A stretch of 57,675 nt of DNA, counting the filler, from Sphacelaria rigidula (taxonomy: Eukaryota), in the NCBI GenBank assembly GCA_964200075.2. It is 8 parts of 8 records of this genome, joined end to end, with 100 filler letters (N's around TTAATTAATTAA, not from the genome) between each part and the next. Parts side by side here need not be neighbours in the genome. Positions count along the whole stretch, not along the records: positions 1 to 7,123 come from CAXNAA020016375.1; positions 7,224 to 14,346 come from CAXNAA020016376.1; 6 more parts are not named here. One strand, written 5' to 3'. The notes beneath the pieces were generated by a model. That model saw only the letters and a program-made list of their open reading frames with translations. It was not told the DNA's origin and did not search any database. A program made the translations under genes and the position numbers. This document shows, piece after piece, positions 1 through 11,506 of this stretch; within the stretch, counting starts at the first letter, position 1; each line of letters opens with the position of its first letter.

Positions 1-47
1 TGGAAACCCCCGGATTTCTCGGAACTGTCAGCCTGTACAACTGTTCC

Positions 48-75
48 GAGGCGACGCTCGTCGTCTAAGGGTTAA
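48..75. mobile_element. piggyBac-like element right end
   Basis: ...CGTCGTCTAAGGG followed by TTAA (72-75); resembles the right end at 9748-9764. Confidence 0.5.
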
Positions 76-576
76 CCAATCTTCCGACAACGTATTGTTC
101 TCCTTCAATGTTATGGAGGTTTCTGATAACCTTCTTTGTTTTACATCGACTGTAGTACTCCAGCTGCAGCAATCATGTTCCCAGGATCATTTATATCGGG
201 CCCAGGGACGAAACCATCCTGGGTAGGGGGTGATCACAATCAACACGGACTGCGGGCGAAACCGGCGTGGTGGACGGACTGTGGAGGAATCAACACAGCC
301 AAGGAGGGACGTCACCGCGCAAATCGCAAGCGGTTGCTACTCAAAATCTGCCCCTGTATGGGAGCTAATGACGTCATAGGCGTTGTGCTCTTAGAGCTAC
401 GGGCGCCACTCTATCGTCACGGGCTGTACCACCTGCTGACTGTGGTGTGTGGTGCGGAGCTAGACTTGTGCGATACAGTAGGTACAAGGTACATCATCAG
501 ATAACGTCCACTTGGTTTCGTGGTGAAATACTGCGAAGAGCTCGGCAAAGCAGAGTTGCTCGACAGCCGAAATATT

Positions 577-1146
577 CAGGGCTATACACGTTACACGTGC
601 TATAGCGTTACACGTTACGTTCACGTTACGTTTTGGCCGAAACGTAACGTGAACGTTAAATTTTTTTACGTGATGAATGTAACGTAAACGTAACGTTAAA
701 TTTTCAAATATAACGTTGACGTAACGTTATTTTTTTTACGTAACATACGTCACGTAACGTGAACGTTAATATTTTTTTTTACGTGATGAACGTAACGTGA
801 ACGTGTACGTGTACATATATAGCCAGGGCTATACACGTTACACGTGACAAATCGTTACACGTTACGTTCACGTTACGTTTTGGCCGAGACGTAACGTGAA
901 CGTTAAATTATTTTTACGTGATGAACGTAACGTGAACGTAACGTTAAATTTTCAAATGTAACGTTAACCTAAGGTGAATGTTTTTCACGTGATGAACGTA
1001 ACGTGCACGTGACGTTAAATTTTTGAATGTAGCGCTAACGTAACGTTATATTATTTTCGCGTGACACACGTCACGTAACGTGAACGTTAATTTTCTTCGC
1101 GTGATGAACGTAACGTGAACGTGTACGTGTAACGTGTGTAGCCCTG
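577..1146. mobile_element. hAT-type MITE, tandem dimer (577-823, 824-1146), ACGT-rich interior
   Basis: TIR CAGGGCTATACACGTTACACGT at 577 and 824, inverted copy ending at 1146; degenerate 8-bp TSD GAAATATT/GAAACATC. Confidence 0.8.
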
Positions 1147-1769
1147 GAAACATCCCCGTAGAGACGCTGACAGACCTTACTCCGAGTTAATACAGGGAGG
1201 ATGACACTACAGCAATCACCTCCGTGGCTATCAGACTTTCATCCCGCCCCCTGCGGGAGTTTTGGTACTATGTGTGATGGGGCGTTGGACCCTTGCAGGT
1301 AGATAGCTTTGAAGGGGTCTGTTGCAGAATCCATCAACCGCGCAAGAGAAGCGTAACGTGGAGCTGTCGCACGAGTCGGGTCGGGAACATTGAGTCCAGC
1401 CCCCTCAGATTTATTATGGAGCCTCAAGTGCGCTTTGTGAGCTATTTGACCCCAAGCGTTGACCCATGAGCAGGCTTAGTTTTAGTTTTATGATACGTAC
1501 AGCTGGCGGGATCCGTACTGTACTGTATACAGTATGCCTCCGTGCCGGTTTGAAAGTGTACCCTTTGTAATATCATTAGACCACGGGTGCAAAAAAAGAA
1601 AGAAAAGTGCTATGCTGATAACCACCGTTTCAACCCATACAGCGCCGTGGGTGCCTTGCGCCGCCAAAGCTGTGGCGTTATCGCCCACCTGGAACATCAA
1701 TCAAGATGTAGTCGAAGTTCTAGCATTATCAGACACGAGTTGCGCCTTATCTTGACGCCTAACCCCCGG

Positions 1770-1802
1770 ATCAATATTGATCGATTGATTGATTGATTGA
1801 TT
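1770..1802. repeat. (GATT)n microsatellite, possibly a retroposon tail
   Basis: GATCGATTGATTGATTGATTGATT. Confidence 0.6.
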
Positions 1803-2061
1803 CACATCAGCCGATTGCAACAATCCAGCCTGTGGTCAGGTATATATATTTACACTTCAAGTTTGAAGGAACAACACTGTAAGCGAAAAGCATTGATCTT
1901 CCTTCGCTGGTAACGGCGCACCCACCACTTCAGAAGACGCCATAGTATCAACAGCAAACAGAAGACGAACGTTTCCCCGTCACCAGAGAGTTGCAGTTGT
2001 CTTTCCTTGGGAACAGAACAGGAATCATGATTGAGTGCTTTTTGTTGTGTTATTTTTTCAG

Positions 2062-2960
2062 CACATCAGACCGGAAGGTTTGATCAAATCCCGTTGGTGA
2101 TCACCGACAGGACGGAGCAGATCTTTTCGAATGCAATGTGGTCTGGTAAAAAATGTCGTGAGTCTGCTGGGTGTGCCCTTGTCGTCCAGTTGGTCTGTGT
2201 GTGTTGCATAGTCTCCAAAGATTATAGGCAGCATTACTATGAGCGGAGAGAGACTCAAAGGTCCCACCTCGGGAGCAATCAAGGGAGGAGAATCGATTTC
2301 CGGCAGCCAAGATCTCGGGCGTAAGCGAAGGTAGAAAAATACGCCCACCGAGTAGGGCGCCATGCGGTACAGTGCAAGCTGGAGAGTAGTTTACAGGGGA
2401 TGGAGTACAAGATAAGTGCTGCGTATCGATTGCTCGTCGCGCAGTGAGTATGCGCAGCTTTTGTATGAAAAGCAAGCCAAATTTATCGCACTACAAGTGA
2501 CGGTGTAACGATCCAGAGAACTGATATACAGCAATATGATCTGTTCCTGGAGCTGTTGAGAAAGAAGCACAGCTCAAGATCAGCCCGCGCCATGCTGTCG
2601 AGGCTGAATGCTGCAGTACAAATAGTAGTATTATTACAGTCTTTCCAACATGAAATAGATATACAAGTGCCGTATACGAGGTATATTTTACGCCATTTCG
2701 CCCTTCCGCCTTCCGCATACAGTGGCAGTACATCATAGTAGCGCTAATATAGTATCTGTTTGTACTATGTGATGACGTTGTGCGCGTCGTGTACGGTATA
2801 TACCACCCTCTTCCACACCTTGCAGTGACCTGGACCCGAGTTTGGAATTTCTCGAGACGAATGACCCTGTACTACCGGTGAGAGCTGGATACCTCTGTGC
2901 TGTAGAAAACCTGCCGGCTGCTCGTAAAGTCGTACCAACAGAGCATTTTGTACCCCACAG
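2062..2960 (+). pseudogene. Putative spliced gene or pseudogene with short introns, unknown product (exons 2062-2145, 2212-2443, 2498-2680, 2826-2960)
   Basis: GT-AG boundaries with consistent phases (introns 66, 54, 145 bp); one in-frame TAA at 2322-2324; protein-like text DGVTIQRTDIQQYDLFLELLRKK...DLDPSLEFLETNDPVLPVRAGYLCAVE. Confidence 0.4.
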
Positions 2961-3362
2961 GTACTAATTAAGCGGTTGATCAATTGTCACAAATTGACCG
3001 ATCCTCTACGAGGCCAGACATGTTAACAAGATAGGCGTAGCGCCGCGCAAATAAACGGGAACATGCGCTGAAGGGAACTCTAAAAGGGGGGGCAATAGAA
3101 AAGGAAAGAAGAGACATAGCCGCTGACGATGAAAGAACAAAAACAGAAATGTGGAGACACGAGAGAAGAGGCATGGGGGAGGCAAGGAAGCACCATTCTC
3201 TGCAAGGGGCTGTAACGACCAGGAAATATGTCAAAGTCCTCGTGAGAGCATTCCCACAGCGGGGGGGAGGGGAGGGCGGGCAGTACTTTGCCATGTTGCT
3301 GCCGCACCCCGGATATTCCAACGGTGCAACTGAAACCATTAGCTCGGCAATCATGCTTAGAC

Positions 3363-3837
3363 CGGATGTTATGGTACACAGATTTTTGGCCCACAGATTG
3401 TTCACTTTTATGGCGTTTGAGCCATTTTTCGACCCCCAGACAGGGAAAATCGCCAACACACGTCTTTGACACTTTGCATTACCCCACAGAGAGGAGCCTA
3501 GCCCACTTTTCAGATTCGCTTGGCTCCAAGGTTCTGAGAGCGGCCACTGAACTAAAGCCTGTGTGCCACAAAATCTACGACGATCTCCACAGATTATTGG
3601 GCAAACTGGCGGGGGTCGGCAAGAAATGATTTTCGCGCATGAATTTGTGTTCAGCGGCCAATCTCGAAACCTCGGAGCCAAGCGCATCTGAAAAATGGGC
3701 TAGGCTCCTCTCTGTGGAGTGATACAAAGTGTTCAAGACGTGTGTTGGCGATTTTCCCTGTTTGGGGGTCAAAAAGTGGCTCAAACGCCATAAAAGTGAA
3801 CAATCCGTGGGCCAAAATCTGTTTGCCATAACATCCG
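3363..3837. mobile_element. Foldback MITE with ~190-bp inverted arms
   Basis: 3363-3555 is the reverse complement of ~3640-3837 (CGGATGTTATGG...CCATAACATCCG). Confidence 0.8.
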
Positions 3838-4547
3838 CCCTTTTATCACCCAAAATTGTTTCGTCAGCAAATGCATTTCGCAATACCTACCCAGTAGTCG
3901 CATCATGGTATCATACTGACCGCCATGGATAGCTGAGGAGCGTGACACAGCCGTATTTGTGTTTGAGGCCGTAGTGATGGCGCTAAGGGCGAAGAGTGTT
4001 ACCTCTACCAATCAGCGCCCATCAAATTGTTCTGAAATTGAAAATACGAATTCCAAGGCTATTTTTCAGCCAATCTCCACATGCTTCAAATCGTAGTAAC
4101 CGCCACCAGTTGCGGAATCGAAAGAAGAATTGAAAACGATTACTACGGGGTTGAATTATACCCGAAACCGTTGTGTTTCGGTGAGGTGCGGTTCTGACGT
4201 CGTCTAATTTCCGCTGGTGATACGCACGAAAGATCGAAGAAGCCTCGTGACGGTTCCACTTATATATGTCGTGAAAAAGCTCAGATCGCCCTCAAAGTTG
4301 GCAGTTCCGTAGGTACTGATGCTCCAAATGAAAAACATGTATTCTTGACAATGTATTTCAAAGATTCTCCGTTCTCTTCCGCCTTCCGGGGGTCTTCTCA
4401 CTGGGACTCGCGGAAGGCGGTAAAGAAAGTCTCAAGAGGAAAAAAAATACAAATGCGTTCTGCGATAGTGCAGGGAATATATGAACAAATCTTGGCCGAG
4501 GAACTCGAAAACCGTCATACAATTTTTCACACGTTGAACAGCTATTA

Positions 4548-6261
4548 ATAATGAGCTAGCTCATCTGCGGGCTGAAGCTCACTTGTAGTCAAATATATAC
4601 TTGGGAGCTACGGGTTGAGAGCTCACCCAAAACAAACATGCGTAGCTCATGCAGCTCTCATAGCTCACGCAGGGACAATATCAGCTGATGAGCTAGGCTC
4701 ACTTGTAGTCAAATATGTACTTGGGAGCTACGGGTTGAGAGCTCACCCAAAACAAACATGCGTAGCTCATGCAGCTCTCATAGCTCACGCAGGGACAATA
4801 TCAGCTGATGAGCCAGGGGCTGGTAACTCACCCAGGACAAACATGTGTATAGTAGTCAGCATCATAAGTCTGCAGGATTCGTAGTTGTTGTAGTTTTTGA
4901 GTTCTTCTCGAGTACTACTCTTCGTCACTGCTTGAAAGTGCTAGGATTGAGGAGGAAAGCGTAGGCCGCGCTCAAACTGCAGTGCCCAAGTTGGTGTTTT
5001 TGGGGCGATAGGGGCTAGATACCCCGCTTATCAGGAGGGTGTTGTGACCGTTTTTGGTCTAATAAAAACAGTTTTCCGGCTCTTCCGCAACGAAACGGTG
5101 AATATTCAAATAAATGAAAACGTATACAATTCGTCACAAAAACGATCGAGATCGTGTTTCCCTCCTATACTGCACAGACCTCAACTTGGCATTTTCTGCG
5201 GATGGCCCCTTTTCGGGGGGTTTTCGCATAGCATTTTACGAGGGCACTCGAAAGCGCTAGCGTCGATAGTCTTGGCAAAATAAGCAGACGGCGCGTAAAT
5301 CACAATGTCCAAGTTGGTGTTCTGGGGGCGATACTGAGTAAACACCCCGTTTATCAGGAGGGTGTTATTGACTATGAATGGTCCAAGAAACATAGTTTTT
5401 CGACTTCAGCGCAGTAAATAGGAGGATTTTCAAAAAAATAATCATTTTCGAATCTTCACTTATATGGTGGGGATCAAGTCGGTCCACCGAAGTTACCGAA
5501 AAGCTAGAACCTGGGGTTGAACTCTCGCAGAACCTCCGGAGATTGGTCAAGCTCGTAAGTGACTCATTATTGATCGCAGATATTTTTTCTCCCAATATTC
5601 GTCAAAAGGATTAAAATATCTCCTGATGCCCACTTTTTGGCATCCAATAGTCACTGTGATGAGCGGTGGTGAGAGAAACAAATTTGGAAAATCTTTGAGC
5701 AACTAAGAAATTACGAATTCCGCGTACATCTGACGCTGACTACTGTAGCCCATATAGCTCTCGTAACTCATCCAGGGAACAATTGAGTAGATGAGCGACG
5801 GGTTGGCAGCTCACTCCGGGCAAACATGCGTAGCTCATGTAGCTCTCATAGCTAACTCGGGGAAAAAATGCACGGACGAGCTGTAGATTGGTAGCTCACC
5901 CAAGGTAAACATATGCGGATGAGCTACAGTCGATAGCTCACCCAGGGAAAACGTGAGCGGATTAGCTACGCCCGGTAGCTCACCCCAGGGCCACATGCTC
6001 GCCGCTGGCAAACTCAGTGTCGCTCATGATATTAAATTCTTGTTTGAACGGATGGTGTAACATATGAGGTTGTGGTGGTGTTCTGCCTCGCTCTTCGCGG
6101 TGGAGAGAAGAGGAGTAAACACAAATCTTCAATAGCCGACCAATTCTTTCTTTTGACCTCTTGGCCGCAAGGGTGCGAGTCCATCTAGCCATGCATACTG
6201 TTTTCAAGTGAAATTTAAGCCGATTCAACAGATGACCTAAGCTCGCCGTCAAAGGGTTGAC
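4548..6261. mobile_element. Non-autonomous DNA transposon with AGCT-rich blocks (4548-4850, 5750-5990) and a piggyBac-like end near 6260
   Basis: 4845-4900 is inverted to 5695-5750; terminus ...CTCGCCGTCAAAGGGTTGA and subterminal CATGCATACTGTTTT...GCCGATTCAACAGA are shared with the 9663-9760 element; left boundary uncertain. Confidence 0.55.
4577..4814. repeat. 120-bp tandem duplication, AGCT-rich
   Basis: Two near-identical units GCTCACTTGTAGTCAAAT...CAGCTGATGAGC. Confidence 0.9.
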
Positions 6262-6540
6262 CGTTCGATCGCGAGGGCAGGCGATCTGTGACATCAGCAT
6301 AGCTCATGTAATTTTCGAGTGTGAATGATGCCGATTCAACAGATCGCCTACCCTGGCGACCCACGGCATCGTTTCCGACTGTAGCGCCGCTAGAGCTGCT
6401 GCCCCCGGCGGTTACGATGCAGGGCAGCTTGTGTGTTCGTACGGTCATTTGTGGGTGTGTTGGCCACGGTGCGGATTTTTCCGATGCGGTCATGTTGATG
6501 TTTACAAGAAGCAAATCCATTGCTGCACAAAACGGAAGAC

Positions 6541-6542
<2 letters not shown>

Positions 6543-6585
<43 letters not shown>

Positions 6586-6947
6586 GTGTTTTCGTCCCGT
6601 CTATTCTGGACGCCGGTCTGCACCTTACGGTATAGCTTTTGGGATAGGTGGGCGCACCAGCCGGGGTCACACAGGAGGACGGTCAAAACAGTTTTTTTTC
6701 TCCGTTTTATTTGTTTTTAGAAGCTTCCCTTCCTTCGGCGGTGCTTGCCTTTTTTTTCATCGAGAGAGGAGTTCAGCAGTCCCTTTCCCTCGTCGACCGA
6801 TAAGTCGAAATTTGTGTACTCCCGACATAGTCGCTCTCCACTGTCGGGCACGGTGTGAGAAAAAATCCCAGATCGCTCCGAGAATTGAACCCACGACCCA
6901 ACCGTCAGAAGGTGTCGAGGTTACCAACTGAGCCACCGGGGCGACCG
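6543..6947 (-). mobile_element. tRNA-derived SINE family 1 with (CA)n tail
   Basis: Minus-strand head GGTCGCCCCGGTGGCTCAGTTGG (A box)...GGTTCAATTC (B box); (TG)n at 6543-6583; homologues at 35775 and 38911. Confidence 0.85.
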
Positions 6948-7123
6948 TTTGTGTACACATGTAATCGTTTTCATGTATTAACCCTTGAGGGACCGACCCC
7001 CCACTAACATAGGGTCAACCCTGTGTTAGTGAAATAATGAAAAACAAGTCTTCGAGCGACCTACCCAATCACAGCGAGGAGAAATTTATCGACCAGACCC
7101 GAACGAACAGAGAAGGGGAAGTT

Positions 7124-7223
7124 NNNNNNNNNNNNNNNNNNNNNNNNNNNNNNNNNNNNNNNNNNNNTTAATTAATTAANNNNNNNNNNNNNNNNNNNNN
7201 NNNNNNNNNNNNNNNNNNNNNNN
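7124..7223. other. Artificial scaffold spacer (N-run/TTAATTAATTAA/N-run); identical spacers at 14347-14446, 21569-21668, 28791-28890, 36013-36112, 43234-43333, 50455-50554
   Basis: Seven identical 100-nt spacers with a six-frame stop linker; the intervening pieces are 7121-7123 bp in descending length. Confidence 0.97.
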
Positions 7224-7714
7224 CCTTCGAGTGCTCATGGAAAATGTAATGCTGGAAACCCCCGAAAATAGGCCATCCGCAGAAAATGCTCGACTGAGGT
7301 CTGTGCAGTACAGGGAAACACGATCTCGATCGTTATTGTGAAGAATTTTAAACGTATTAATTTAACCGAATATTTACCGTTTCGTCGCTGAAGAGCGGGA
7401 AAATTGCTTATACTGGATCAAAGAGGGTCAATAGCACCCTCCTGATAAACGGGGGACCAAATCCGTATCGCCCCAAAAACACCAACGCGAGCACTGCAGT
7501 TTGAGCACGGCCTACGCTTTCTCCCTAAATCTACNNNNNNNNNNAACGGTACTCCAGAAAAACTAAGAGAAAAGGACGACTACGAATTCTGAAAACTTCT
7601 GACGCTGACTACTGTAAGAGTTACATCTTTGGCCGGGAGCAGAGATCATGTGTTGAATCAGCATTTATTATGAAGGCATAGTCAAATAGCCTACCCTCGC
7701 AGTCGAAGGATTAA
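7224..7714. mobile_element. Fragment of the 4548-6261 family with a piggyBac-like right end
   Basis: 7225-7615 is reverse-homologous to 4845-5255; ends CTCGCAGTCGAAGGA|TTAA (7711-7714). Confidence 0.6.
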
Positions 7715-7734
7715 ATGCACTTCGTTCTCGTCCA

Positions 7735-8160
7735 ACCGTAACGCTAACCCTCACCCTAATTTCGACACCAGCCAGGCGGAGCACCCTCAGACAGGGCAGG
7801 TGAGTATAATGTCCAAGGCGAAGTGTGTGTGCTGGCGGAGCTAGCTCATGGGGGCAGATTCAAGTTGAAAAAAAAAAAACGAGTGCTGCTCACCGTGGAC
7901 TGTGGAGTTTGTCTCCGTTCGACGCCAAAATATTCATGGTCGGTACTGATTGATTCGAGTGTAAAAATCGAGATTCAGATTTTTTTTTCTGAGAGTCCCG
8001 AGTGCCCCTGGCGTGTGTACAGTACACGTGTCTGACGCGATCGGCGCCGCAGGTGCAGATTCGAGCTTTGCCAATGCATACTTTGCCCGGGGCACCCTTT
8101 GCACCCCCCTTGCCCGAGGGTTCTCAGTATGACTTGGGTTGGGGTTAGGGTTAGCAGTAT
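7735..8160. repeat. Degenerate foldback bounded by telomere-like hexamers
   Basis: Left AACCGTAACGCTAACCCTCACCCTAA, right TTGGGTTGGGGTTAGGGTTAG; internal arms are weakly inverted. Confidence 0.45.
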
Positions 8161-8427
8161 TGCGAAAATACGTCAACCGTGGATACTTCGGCACCCAACT
8201 GAAACAAACCCACCTCACGTACGCTGGGCGAGCAATTGAGACAGTAGGCGCTTTGAATTTTTTAATATGATCGTCTACATTAGAGTCAAGCATTGTTCAA
8301 CCTTGAGATCTTGCACGTCGCATTGGCGTCTACTTTACTGAAAAAAAACAAAAGGTACACATTCGACATGTTCGGAGTTTTTCCTGCGCTTTCCCCCAGA
8401 TTTTCTTTTTGATGGCTCTTTTTGACT

Positions 8428-9304
8428 CTGTTGTTGTTTGTCCGTGAACGGAGGGTGCCTATAACGGGCAAACTTTCCCCCCCTTTTTTCTCTTTCCGCG
8501 GCGCACGGCCGTTCCCCGCTGGCATTATTCGCCTGTGATTCTGTTCGCCTGTCTTGTGTGTGTGAGGGCGTGCCCGGTGCGCGCGAACTCGGCTGCCGAG
8601 CAGCGGTCGGCAGACCTCTGCCCCGAAGACTCAGACGCAGTCCGGACATCGGAAGACTCGTCGTACTTTTGCCCGTGTTGAGAGAGCGGAGATATGGCCA
8701 CTTGAGACTTTTAAAAAACCCCAGGTTGAGATCAAACAACGACCGATCGTCGCGCACTTTGGAGCTCTGGTCATAAGGTGCTCGCACGCTGGTCCAGAAA
8801 GTACGGAATGAGTTCCAATTCCCGAACAGTACAGTCAGTGCTATTCCAGACACCTGTTTCCCCACCTCACCGAGTCTGACCGTGCGTGGTGGGATGTTCC
8901 CCTGCATGACTCTTTAGGACTCCTGGGCGTGCATGGCCTCTCCTTGGCGGTACCGTTGGCCCCTGGTTCTGTTTGTCGGCACACGGAGTTTTTTCTTTTC
9001 TTCTTTTTGTCACACTTTGAACCCTTCCCCTTCCTCGGGATGAGTCCGTGGTCTCAAGGGATCAAGACGTCTTTCCCCCGGCACGCGCCCTTCATTTTGG
9101 TCTCGCGGATTGGGTCAGCACTTCCGCACCGGGTCAACTCATGTCTAAGAAACTCAGTCGACTACTTTGTTTACTCACCTTCTTACGCTTTCTACGGTGG
9201 AAATCATACATGACGAAGAAAAAACCCAACGCGTCGGGAATCGAACCCCCGTTCTCTCCACCCTTACGGCGACAAGTGGACCATTACACCACCGGGGCGC
9301 GGCC
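8428..9304 (-). mobile_element. Long tRNA-headed SINE-like element, family 2 (~880 bp)
   Basis: Minus-strand head GGCCGCGCCCCGGTGGTGTAATGG (A box)...GGTTCGATTCCC (B box); putative (CAA)n tail near 8428-8440; 3' boundary inferred. Confidence 0.55.
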
Positions 9305-9662
9305 ATGTAGTATCTACCGCGGGATAACTCGGTAGCCAAACACCGGCCAACGAAATCCCGGCCAGACCTGTTCACCATCTCGGGCGCAGAACATCAATTT
9401 CGGATATTTGTAGGGCTAAGCCAACTACACCATGACAAGGGTACCCTGAGGGGGATGTCTCCTCGTATTTTTCCATCGAAAACGTGCGGCGGAAAATAAA
9501 AGTTTGTATCTGATACGTCCATGCCATTAATATCCCCAGGGGTATTCAACTCCTGTTGATGACTATTCGTGCACGATCGGACAGGGGTAATATGAGAAAA
9601 AGCCTACTAGGCCGTGACCTACCGAGACGAAGGAAATAAGCGCAGAACGAAACAAGCGTTAA

Positions 9663-9760
9663 CTCTTAGACCGCGATATTAGTCTTCCTGGAACATGCAT
9701 ACTGTTTTTCACTTAAAATTGATGCCGATTCAACAGAAGACTAACCTCGCGGTCTAAGGG
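9663..9760. mobile_element. 98-bp piggyBac-type mini-MITE
   Basis: TTAA on both sides (9659-9662, 9761-9764); TIR CTCTTAGACCGCGA / TCGCGGTCTAAGGG. Confidence 0.85.
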
Positions 9761-9882
9761 TTAAAGGCAGCAGGCAGATTCGTCGCCGCAACCATTGACT
9801 CGCCCGGCGATCAATCAAGCGTGCTGCTTTTGGGCGCTTGTTCCCTCTCTCGCTTCTCTTGTCTCATGAACACACGACCTTA

Positions 9883-11397
9883 GGGCCCAGGGCGTGTAAT
9901 CGCACTTCTTTTTCGATACAAAAAAATGGGTCGGTGGAATCGATTTGAGCGAATTCTCGTTTTGATGCTGTTGGGTCCAGATGGATTTTCAAGCTTTCGA
10001 TCGGAAAAATACAGTGGAATTAGTGAAACGGCACATGGTCACTCGTCTACAGTACAGACGATCTGTAATGTGTGCACTGCTTGCAAGCAGGGTGTCTTGA
10101 GTGCGTGTGTACGTGTTTCGTGCAGGAGGATATGAACGACAAGTGGGCAAACGTGCAGTGCAGACAGCCTAGGACTATCAGCTCTCTCTGCTTACAATGC
10201 GACGTGAAGAGGACTTCAGCAACGTGCAGCTTTGTACTGCCTGCACTGTCCACGAGCGTGCACGCAACTCGGTTGCCCACCGTACCACGCAGTTCCGTAG
10301 CTGATGCCCACCATGAGAGAAGATGCCGTAAGTTTTTGCCAACAAGAAATAAACAAAGCACACCAGACTTCTGCGGTGTATCTATCGCTGTGCTCAACTC
10401 GTGCTCAATGCTGCAGGGTTGCGGTGGTAGCTGAGAATGAGCTGGATGGAGTTTACATGGTCCTATGAACAGGTGTTATTTGGCGTGGTGGTCTGTAAGA
10501 TATGAGTCAAGTGCCGCTTCGTGCCTTTCGACCGCATGTTTTCGATCGAAAACGATTGTTTTTCACCTCGAGTAATTCTTCTCCGCGTGCCGCTAATTAT
10601 AATTTTGAGTTGAAGCTTTCATGGAATATAAATGCGGTGGACCTATCAGATCGGCAAAAAAAATCGACCGCACTTCTTCGATGGAAAGAAAAGTGCTAAG
10701 ACACGCCCTGAGCTTTTCGATCAAAAACATACGGCGGGAAATAACGGAGGGAAACTTGACTCCCATCTTGCAGAACACCACGCCAGATATCACCCCTTCA
10801 CAGAACCATGCAAACTCCCACACGTTTCATTCTCAGCTACAACCGCAACCCTGCAGCATAGAGCACGAGCTGAGCACTGGGATACATACACTGCAGTAGT
10901 TGGAACGGGCGCTATCACCTCTTGGCGTGACGTGTTTTATTGTCGTCGGAAACTTCGGCAGCTTCCTTACGGTAAGGGCCGGCGACGGAATTACGTTGTA
11001 GGGTGGGCGACCAAATTGCGTACACGCTGATGGACAGTACAGGCGGTGCAAAACTGCACGTTGTGAAAATCTTCTTCACACCCTACTATTTGCCGAGAGT
11101 GCAGACAGTCACGTGCTGTCTGCACTGCACGTTGTCCGATTCTTCTTCACACCCCACTGTACGAAACATGCACACATACTCAGACACTCTGTACCCATAC
11201 AACACAGACACCACTGTATTGTACTGGCTGCAAGGGATCAAGTACCGCTTCGCGAATTCCACCGTCTTGTTTCGATCGAAAGCCTGCAAAGTCGCTCGGA
11301 CCCAAACCGCGCAGAACGCACGAATTCGATCGAATTAATTTCGCCGCATCTTTTCCTTCGATCGAAAACAAATTTGATGAGACGCGCTCTAAGACCC
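9883..11397. mobile_element. ~1.5-kb foldback element with ~680-bp diverged inverted arms
   Basis: 9883-10560 is reverse-homologous to ~10710-11397 (e.g. GCTCAATGCTGCAGGGTTGCGGTGGTAGCTGAGAATGA vs TCATTCTCAGCTACAACCGCAACCCTGCAGCATAGAGC); GGG...CCC ends suggest PIF/Harbinger-like. Confidence 0.75.
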
Positions 11398-11404
11398 ATT
11401 TGAA

Positions 11405-11506
11405 CCCGTAGACCGCGAGGGGGATCCATCAGAATCATGCCTAGTTTTTTCTTCCGAGTGAAATTGATGCCAATTTCACGGAGGATCTACTCTCGCCATC
11501 GAAGGG
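11405..11506. mobile_element. piggyBac-type mini-MITE, diverged relative of 9663-9760
   Basis: CCCGTAGACCGCGAG...CTCGCCATCGAAGGG; shared internal AAATTGATGCC; degenerate TSD TGAA/TACA. Confidence 0.6.

Noticed and set aside
4680-4815. Hammerhead ribozyme (CTGATGAG) in tandem repeats
   Set aside because: No GAAA following a stem II, so the core is incomplete
6870-6947. tRNA genes here and at 9225-9304 and 39200-39276
   Set aside because: A/B boxes present but no proper acceptor stem; embedded in SINE bodies
4845-7615. One large inverted-repeat element spanning 4845-7615
   Set aside because: The arms are on different scaffolds; they are separate copies of one family
8335-8907. 190-aa minus-strand ORF as a gene
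   Set aside because: Lies in the SINE-like body; no motif or splice support
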